From Candidatus Cloacimonadota bacterium (GTDB lineage Bacteria; Cloacimonadota; Cloacimonadia; Cloacimonadales; WRIO01), in assembly GCA_029564175.1 (NCBI GenBank), contig JAKQQL010000215.1:1-64000 (forward strand): a stretch of 64,000 nt of DNA. The letters are read 5' to 3'. The notes beneath the pieces are model-generated. The model searched no databases. It saw only the letters and a list, made by a program, of their open reading frames with translations, and had not been told where the DNA came from. Shown piece after piece: positions 57,781-64,000 of the stretch (positions are counted from its first letter, which is position 1; each line of letters opens with the position of its first letter). A program made the position numbers and the translations under genes.

Positions 57781-60579
57781 TTACTTTAACAACAGCATTT
57801 TGTTTGTTGATTTAATATGATTGTATTGAACCGTATAAAAATAAATACCTGAGCTGACTGGTTTATCATTTTTATCTTTACCATTCCATTCTAACAGAAA
57901 ACTTTTTTCCTTCGTTTCTTGATTGTATAATTCCTTAACAAACTGTCCTCTGAGATTATATATAGTTACTTTAACGAATGCATTTTTTTTAGGAGAGTCT
58001 ATATTTACTTTTATCAGAGTACTTGGATTAAAAGGATTAGGATAGTTACTTGAAGAAATGAAAGGTAGCTGAATCGTTTTCTTTTTTAACTGAATAAGAG
58101 TTGGATTAAGAAAAGAATGATTGTTTAGTTGTTTTCCATCGATTTCTACCCAATGGTTTTCGGAGAAAACAGAGATATCATAATCAGCATTATTGCTAAT
58201 TTGAATTCTATAATGGGTTAAATGTGATTTAGAATAGAATAATTCGTAAAACGTATCTGATTTTTGTATGAGTATATTTTGATCAATTGGTTCAAGTGCC
58301 ATGAGTTTAAATTGATTATCATGAGAATAAGCTGTTTGATTCGTATTTCTAAGAATATTTACAGACATGGTTTTTGTCAGAGTTGTATCTATACCTATGC
58401 CTATTGCTCTGAATTTCATTGTTAATGAAGTTGATTCGCTAACATTGTACTGGTGATACCATTGCTGTGAACTTATTTGTGTTAATTCTGCTTTTTGATT
58501 ATTGATTGAAAGACTTACACTGTCAGCATTTATTCTATTAGTATAAGCATAAATATGGAGTATATCTGTTAAAAAGGGGTGTTGAAGAATATTTAGATAA
58601 AGTCCTTTATTTAGTAACGCATTACCACCTTTAAACACAAACAATCCCTGATTATTACTTGCAAGAAATTTATCTGTTGTATTTTTATTGAGATATTCCA
58701 AAACAATCATTTGAATATTATTATCTGTCAGACTACTGTTAGAAGTATTGTAAATCTGCCAGTTGAATTCATCCGTTTTAATCAAACCATTCGCTGTTGC
58801 AATCCAAATGAATCCTGAACTATCAGCTTTGGCATCATTTATATTATTGACTGGTAGTTGTGAGTTCTCGGTTGTATAAACTAACCAATTACTTTCTTGT
58901 TTTTTTATCAGTCCACTGTTACTAGAAATCCAAACCTGCTGATAATCAGGTGAGAAATTAATTCTTTTTATGAGATTTCCAGGTAAAGGTGAGTTAAATT
59001 TATTATAAACTGTCCACGTATTAATCAATGTATTTAAAATGGATATTCCATAATCAGTGGCTATCCATATTTTATCCAGATTATCATAATTGATATCGAT
59101 GATCACATTAGAAGATAAAGATGAGTTATTTTCGTTGTAAAGAGTCCATTCTGACTGATTACTGATCTTAACAAGGCCACCCCCTTCAGTTCCTATCCAG
59201 ATATTTTGATTCTTATCAGTTAGTAATGAGGTAACAGTGTTTGAAGGTAATTCAGAGTTAATCGTATTATAAACAGTCCATGAATCATCATTTATGTTAA
59301 AACGTGCTAATCCTCCACCTACGTTTTGATATGGCTTTGTACCAATCCATAAATTCCCATAATTATCTAAGGTTAAAGCACTTATATTGTTAGAAGGTAA
59401 TAAAGAATTCGCGACATGATAAACTGTCCAGTTATCGCCATCAAAGTAAGACAAGCCCATAGAAGTACCAATCCAGCGTACATAACGGTTATTTATTTTT
59501 TTGCTTAAAATAGTATTGACTTTGTTAGAGGGAATCCCTGAGTTCATAAAACTAAAACTGACCCATGAAGTTCCTGTAAGTCTGACCATCATTTTTTCTG
59601 TTCCAATCCATTTGTACAGACCCTGGATTTTGATACTGTAGATTTGATTACTGGTAATCAATCCCTGAGTATTCTCCATGTTATAAAGTGTCCATGAGGT
59701 GCCAGATAATTTAGCAATTCCATTATCACTGGCAACCCAAACAGGTAATAATGGATCATTCGTATCCGTATCAATATCATAGATGTAATTAGAGGGGATA
59801 TTGCTGTTTTGAGTCGTATATGTTGTCCAGACTAACATAGAGTCAATTTTTACCAATCCTCCACCACTGTTTGTATTTCTATTGTAAACAGCCAGCCACT
59901 TATTCTTTTTGTTGTCAATATGAATAGAAGTGATTGTGTTTCCAGTCAGACTTGAATTAGAGGTACTGTATCTTGTCCACTGATTATTCCAATCATCATA
60001 ACGGTAAAGGGAATTAGCAGTACCAATCCATTTAATATATTGGTCTCCAACTTTTTCAATAGCTATTGAAAGAATATCATTATCAATAATAGGCGTGTTT
60101 TGAGAATTAAAAATATACCAGTTATCATCTGCATCTAAAAGTACCAAACCATTTTTTGTGCCAATCCATTTATTGTCAAAATTGTCAAAGCAAACAGTAT
60201 TAATATCGTTAACAGGTAAGTCTGAGTTATTTTTATTATAGATTGTCCAGACCTGGTTTTCAGATAGTACAGCCAGACCTCCATTTGATGTACAAATCCA
60301 TATATTATTATGAATATCAGTTTTAAGGTCATTTATCTGATTGGAAGGAATGAGAGAATTTTGAGTGTTGTATATTTCCCAATTTGTACCGTCATACTTA
60401 TAGACACCCTTAAACTGAGTCCCAATCCATTTATTACCTTGAATGTCTGTTTCAATCACCCGGTATGGATTTGTAGGAAATGAAGTGTTTTGAGTGTTAT
60501 AATTAATCCAATCCTGTGAAAATAGAAAGTTTAAACTGATTAAACCCAGTATGATTAACAGAAAATATTTCCTGTTCAT
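57781..60579 (-). CDS. Secreted beta-propeller (Reg_prop-like repeats) protein with C-terminal FlgD-Ig/T9SS-type sorting domain
   Basis: About 14 repeats of W..Y...NS.LP.N.I..I..D...N.WIGT; C-terminal NYPNPFNPST...IYNLRGQ...WNGKD...SSGIYF...KMLLLK; start 60579 after GGGAGG. Confidence 0.9.
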   Translation of the reverse strand: MNRKYFLLIILGLISLNFLFSQDWINYNTQNTSFPTNPYRVIETDIQGNKWIGTQFKGVYKYDGTNWEIYNTQNSLIPSNQINDLKTDIHNNIWICTSNGGLAVLSENQVWTIYNKNNSDLPVNDINTVCFDNFDNKWIGTKNGLVLLDADDNWYIFNSQNTPIIDNDILSIAIEKVGDQYIKWIGTANSLYRYDDWNNQWTRYSTSNSSLTGNTITSIHIDNKKNKWLAVYNRNTNSGGGLVKIDSMLVWTTYTTQNSNIPSNYIYDIDTDTNDPLLPVWVASDNGIAKLSGTSWTLYNMENTQGLITSNQIYSIKIQGLYKWIGTEKMMVRLTGTSWVSFSFMNSGIPSNKVNTILSKKINNRYVRWIGTSMGLSYFDGDNWTVYHVANSLLPSNNISALTLDNYGNLWIGTKPYQNVGGGLARFNINDDSWTVYNTINSELPSNTVTSLLTDKNQNIWIGTEGGGLVKISNQSEWTLYNENNSSLSSNVIIDINYDNLDKIWIATDYGISILNTLINTWTVYNKFNSPLPGNLIKRINFSPDYQQVWISSNSGLIKKQESNWLVYTTENSQLPVNNINDAKADSSGFIWIATANGLIKTDEFNWQIYNTSNSSLTDNNIQMIVLEYLNKNTTDKFLASNNQGLFVFKGGNALLNKGLYLNILQHPFLTDILHIYAYTNRINADSVSLSINNQKAELTQISSQQWYHQYNVSESTSLTMKFRAIGIGIDTTLTKTMSVNILRNTNQTAYSHDNQFKLMALEPIDQNILIQKSDTFYELFYSKSHLTHYRIQISNNADYDISVFSENHWVEIDGKQLNNHSFLNPTLIQLKKKTIQLPFISSSNYPNPFNPSTLIKVNIDSPKKNAFVKVTIYNLRGQFVKELYNQETKEKSFLLEWNGKDKNDKPVSSGIYFYTVQYNHIKSTNKMLLLK

Positions 60580-60660
60580 TCTTCCTCCCGTCAATTTATC
60601 AGAAATATTTAATGATTTTATATTCTTATTATCTAATGAATGCAACTGTTATGCCATACT

Positions 60661-60686
60661 AAAAGAGCGCACCGCTGATGGTGCGC
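60661..60686 (-). terminator. Rho-independent terminator-like hairpin
   Basis: Minus strand GCGCACC-ATCAGC-GGTGCGC-TCTTTT. Confidence 0.7.
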
Positions 60687-60783
60687 CAATGGGTTTTGAG
60701 GAGGTTATATGAACAGAATCAGAAGGGGAGATTCTGTATATACAGAAATAACCATTTGTTCTCAAAAGTGTTACAAAAATTTT

Positions 60784-62082
60784 TTAATCATTTTGTTCAA
60801 GTGTTATATTGATGGCATTTTTGACGGCAATCTTTTTCTTGGTATCAAAAGCATCCGCCAGATTAAAACAGACTCTGGTACCCACCTTAAAATACTGCTT
60901 ATCGGCTTTAAATTCTCTTTGATTAAAGAAATAGTTTTTATCATTACTATTGATAAATCCATAGTGGTTTAGCGGAAAAATACGGCATATAATTCCTGAA
61001 TAACGTTCCTGAGTTTTATACTGATATTTTGTCCATGTTTGAATCAGGCTCTCGTAAGCTGATTCAATTGTATCATGTTTTGTCTTTTTAATATCGTATT
61101 CTTTCATCAGAAGCTTCATTTCATCGTTAATTTTCCACTTATGTCGGTTATAAATCAGCTGTATCAGATTTAAATGCTGAGGTATTAATTCTGTATGTTT
61201 TAATGCTTTTAACAATTTGACAATAAGTAAAAAACATTTCACTTTCAAAGAAGGATCAGTCTTGATTAAAGCACTTTTGATGGCATAATTTAAAGCCTGT
61301 TTATGGTTAAACTCACTTTCATAAATTTCAGCTATATCCAGCAGAACAGACCAGTCATCACCTAATGTAACAAGAATATTAAGTGCTTCCTGATATTTTT
61401 TCTGGTCAGCATAAGCAAGGGCTTTATTTCTTAAAATCCAGCTTTTTGTTTTAATACTGGGTTCAGAAATAGTATTTAACGCTTTATCACATTCTTCGAT
61501 GGCTTTTTCAGGTCTGTTGGTATGTCTTAATGCTTTGATAAGGTTAGTGTAGTATTTTTCTTTTTGTGAGGGGATTTCAATACTGACTCCCCGTTTATCT
61601 TTATATTTTGTCTTTTTATCTTCTAGTAAATCAGGCTGTAGCATAAGCAGAAAATTAATGATTTTTTCATAACTGACAGGTACTTGCTTATTGAGGTAAT
61701 CTATTCCTTTAAAAATAGTCAAAACATAAGGAGAATATTCATCTTCCTGTTCAAGTAAAGAAAGAATATCATTTATTGCATTAAAAAACTTCTTTTCCTG
61801 GGACGGTTCAGCAGGTTTCACATATAAGTAGTATAAGTTCCAGGCTAAGAGTGAGTTAACAGTTTCAAATGAGGCATCTTCCTGATGAATTTTTTGGCAT
61901 AATTCAAGCGATTCTGCATACTTTTTCATTTTATAATAACAATAAGCCAAACCCCATTCATCCCATTGTGAGGTATTTTTACTGCTTTCATTGATAATTG
62001 CTGAGTATAGTTCAGCTGCCTGTTCATATTTCTTGTCTTTTCGTAACTGATTAGCCTTATTTTTCTTTTCTTCAAGGTTCAT
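60784..62082 (-). CDS. TPR-repeat protein with C-terminal cold-shock/OB-fold domain
   Basis: Helical TPR-like repeats; C-terminal G.I.RI....YGFI.....YFF...F....VG.RV.F resembles a cold-shock domain. Confidence 0.75.
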   Translation of the reverse strand: MNLEEKKNKANQLRKDKKYEQAAELYSAIINESSKNTSQWDEWGLAYCYYKMKKYAESLELCQKIHQEDASFETVNSLLAWNLYYLYVKPAEPSQEKKFFNAINDILSLLEQEDEYSPYVLTIFKGIDYLNKQVPVSYEKIINFLLMLQPDLLEDKKTKYKDKRGVSIEIPSQKEKYYTNLIKALRHTNRPEKAIEECDKALNTISEPSIKTKSWILRNKALAYADQKKYQEALNILVTLGDDWSVLLDIAEIYESEFNHKQALNYAIKSALIKTDPSLKVKCFLLIVKLLKALKHTELIPQHLNLIQLIYNRHKWKINDEMKLLMKEYDIKKTKHDTIESAYESLIQTWTKYQYKTQERYSGIICRIFPLNHYGFINSNDKNYFFNQREFKADKQYFKVGTRVCFNLADAFDTKKKIAVKNAINITLEQND

Positions 62083-62165
62083 TGACTCCCCCTTTTCTTT
62101 AGCAAGTCGTAGTAAACGACCTGAAATACCTACGAATATTCTTACTCTTTTTAAATACTACACAA

Positions 62166-62654
62166 TTAAAACCGGTATGTCAAGCTTAATTTTGCATCAG
62201 AAAATCTAAGTTCAACTTCCTTTTTTTTTTTTTCAAAATTATACAAATGGGCATCAACATAGGCATCTGCCATGGATAAAAAGGTTGTAATACCGATCCA
62301 CCAGTAATCACTCTGACGTTTTTCGTAATAATCATTCATTCTGTTTCTGTAGTATTCTTTAATTACTTCATTATCGGCAAGCAGCATTTTTTTTCTTGTT
62401 TCCTGCCGTTTATCTTCATTATAAACAGCCATACCAATAAAATAGGCATCAGCTAAAATGACTGTCCCTGCTTTGATATAACTGTTGTTATAAATCTGAC
62501 CTCCGCCAGGACAAATGAATGATAATGTGCTTGCATATGTGGGATTCTTCCCTGAAAACTGACTATTTTGAATGTTTTCTGCTTGAGTTTCTTCCGCAGA
62601 AATCATCACAGAAATCAAGAAAAGAAAAGAAATAGTGATGAATAACTTTTTCAT
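62166..62654 (-). CDS. DUF5683/TM2-like hypothetical protein
   Basis: KNP..A..LS...PGGGQIYN..Y.K; DAYVDAHL. Confidence 0.75.
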   Translation of the reverse strand: MKKLFITISFLFLISVMISAEETQAENIQNSQFSGKNPTYASTLSFICPGGGQIYNNSYIKAGTVILADAYFIGMAVYNEDKRQETRKKMLLADNEVIKEYYRNRMNDYYEKRQSDYWWIGITTFLSMADAYVDAHLYNFEKKKKEVELRFSDAKLSLTYRF

Positions 62655-63208
62655 TTATCTGTATGTCCTTTAATCTGTTGTGTTTGCCAGTATCTGTCCT
62701 TTTCACTGTATATGCAACCACAATACTGCTGACGGTACATTTCCTTTTCTTTAGAGAGAGTAATACCTTCTTTCCAGTATTCTCTTAAATCCTGGTAAAA
62801 GAAAGGGATATCGATTTCTCTGGCAATATTATCTGCTATTTCTCTGATGAGTTCATGTTTTTGAAATTTTGAATATAATAATGTAGTTGTAAAAGCATCA
62901 AAATGTCCTTTTTTTGCAATTAATGCCGTATATCTTAATCTTTCATAATAACAGGATAAACACCGGTTCTCTTCTCTGAAAACAGCATTTCTCAGGAAAC
63001 TGTCTAAATTATATTCATCTTTCAGTATCAAGGTAATATCTTCCTGTTCACAGAATTTCTTAAGTGTATCACGCCTTTTAATGTATTCTTGAGCAGGGTG
63101 TATATTATGGTTAAACCAAAGACCACTTATCTGGTATTGGTCTTTTAAATGGCTCCAGGGCGCAATAAAACAGGGTGCGCAACAAATATGGAATAATAGT
63201 TTATTCAT
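62651..63208 (-). CDS. queH: Epoxyqueuosine reductase QueH
   Basis: HICCAPC; NIHP..EY..R; RC..CY..RL; FTTTL; YRQQYCGCIYS. Confidence 0.93.
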   Translation of the reverse strand: MNKLLFHICCAPCFIAPWSHLKDQYQISGLWFNHNIHPAQEYIKRRDTLKKFCEQEDITLILKDEYNLDSFLRNAVFREENRCLSCYYERLRYTALIAKKGHFDAFTTTLLYSKFQKHELIREIADNIAREIDIPFFYQDLREYWKEGITLSKEKEMYRQQYCGCIYSEKDRYWQTQQIKGHTDK

Positions 63209-63247
63209 ATATCCTCTTTAAAATTATCATCAGAAGGCCTCTTTAAA

Positions 63248-64000
63248 TCAACTTGATCCAAAATATTTGCCTCTTTCTATCCAGTGAGTTTCCAAATCCA
63301 GATAAAATACTGATGGAGGTTGGATTGTATCAATAACTTTATTTGTTCCATCACATTCCAGATTTAATGGAGGAAATAGTCTCTTGGTGATTTGTACTTT
63401 AGCATTTTCAAGTAAATTATGTTTTACTTCAAGCTCTTTGTCGAGCATTTTTTGCATCAAACTCATCTTGCTGTCCAATTTATTTTTTTCCTGAATCGCA
63501 GCAATAATATCATCTTTAACTGATTTAGCAAAGTTTTTTATGACTGTATAAACAGTTGGAGAAGTAACATCGACTTCAAATCTTTCATTAATTTCTTCTA
63601 TTTGTTCTTTAAGTTTATCGATTGTTTGTTGCAAATTATCAATTTTATTGTTGAGCTGAGCATCAAAACCAAATTGTATATTGGTTCGAGTACCTGAGTC
63701 GTTACCAATTGTTGGGCACATCAAGCTATTTTTGACCTTTATATCACAGTCAATGATAGCCCCTTTTTCGTTTAGATTGATACCCGCTCCCATTACAAAT
63801 ACTGAGTCACCACATTCTACTTCAGAACCTAAAATAAAGCGTTGAACATTGATATTCCCTTTGACATTCAGCTTGCAACCTTCAACAAATTTGATGGAAA
63901 GATTACCTCCGGCACTGATAGTTGTATTATTACCACTTGCTCCGTTTTGAATGTATATATCGCCACCCGCCTCGATAATACAGTTGTCTTCAATAGAACC
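63248..64000 (-). CDS. FapA/DUF342-family protein, C-terminal part (5'-truncated by the window edge)
   Basis: Frame is open to 64000: GSIEDNCIIEAGGDIYIQNG...ISAGGNLSIKFVEGCKLNVKGNI beta-helix, then IG...GTRT and a coiled coil. Confidence 0.8.
   Translation of the reverse strand, partial: GSIEDNCIIEAGGDIYIQNGASGNNTTISAGGNLSIKFVEGCKLNVKGNINVQRFILGSEVECGDSVFVMGAGINLNEKGAIIDCDIKVKNSLMCPTIGNDSGTRTNIQFGFDAQLNNKIDNLQQTIDKLKEQIEEINERFEVDVTSPTVYTVIKNFAKSVKDDIIAAIQEKNKLDSKMSLMQKMLDKELEVKHNLLENAKVQITKRLFPPLNLECDGTNKVIDTIQPPSVFYLDLETHWIERGKYFGSS

Noticed and set aside
60709..60972. 87-aa plus-strand ORF with a perfect RBS
   Set aside because: Mostly antisense to the TPR gene with no recognisable features; the RBS-like sequence is better explained as an anti-SD on the minus strand, though not excluded.

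Overview
AT-rich bacterial chromosomal segment, probably from an anaerobic FCB-group organism such as Cloacimonadota (inferred from the NYPNPFNP/FlgD-Ig secreted protein and the MoxR-Bat cluster). 1-14.2 kb is a flagellar operon: giant repeat-containing fliK, flgD, TIGR02530 protein, a 916-aa flgE, flbD, motAB, fliLMYOPQR. 14.2-25.1 kb is metabolic (dapA, asparaginase, pfk, FGE-family protein, guaD-selA-selB-mobA). 25.6-32.0 kb is a minus-strand array of an FlgN-like gene plus five flagellins under two sigma28-type promoters. 32-64 kb holds an acyl-CoA ligase, a PspC protein, two hybrid kinases, a long housekeeping run (der to xerC, including MoxR/Bat) and minus-strand secreted/TPR proteins, queH and a partial FapA gene. 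The main observation is a structured non-coding element just downstream of the flagellin array (about 25400-25560, minus strand). Its unpaired segments are complementary, mostly through G-U-compatible changes, to the leaders of four flagellins and to the 5' ends of both sigma28 transcripts. This suggests a 'one docking site, many selectors' long-range RNA pairing system, or an sRNA, controlling flagellin choice. Other candidate RNA elements lie upstream of flgE and at about 60.66-60.74 kb. Flagellins are called Fla1-Fla5 in transcription order. All assignments are by eye; no database searches were run.
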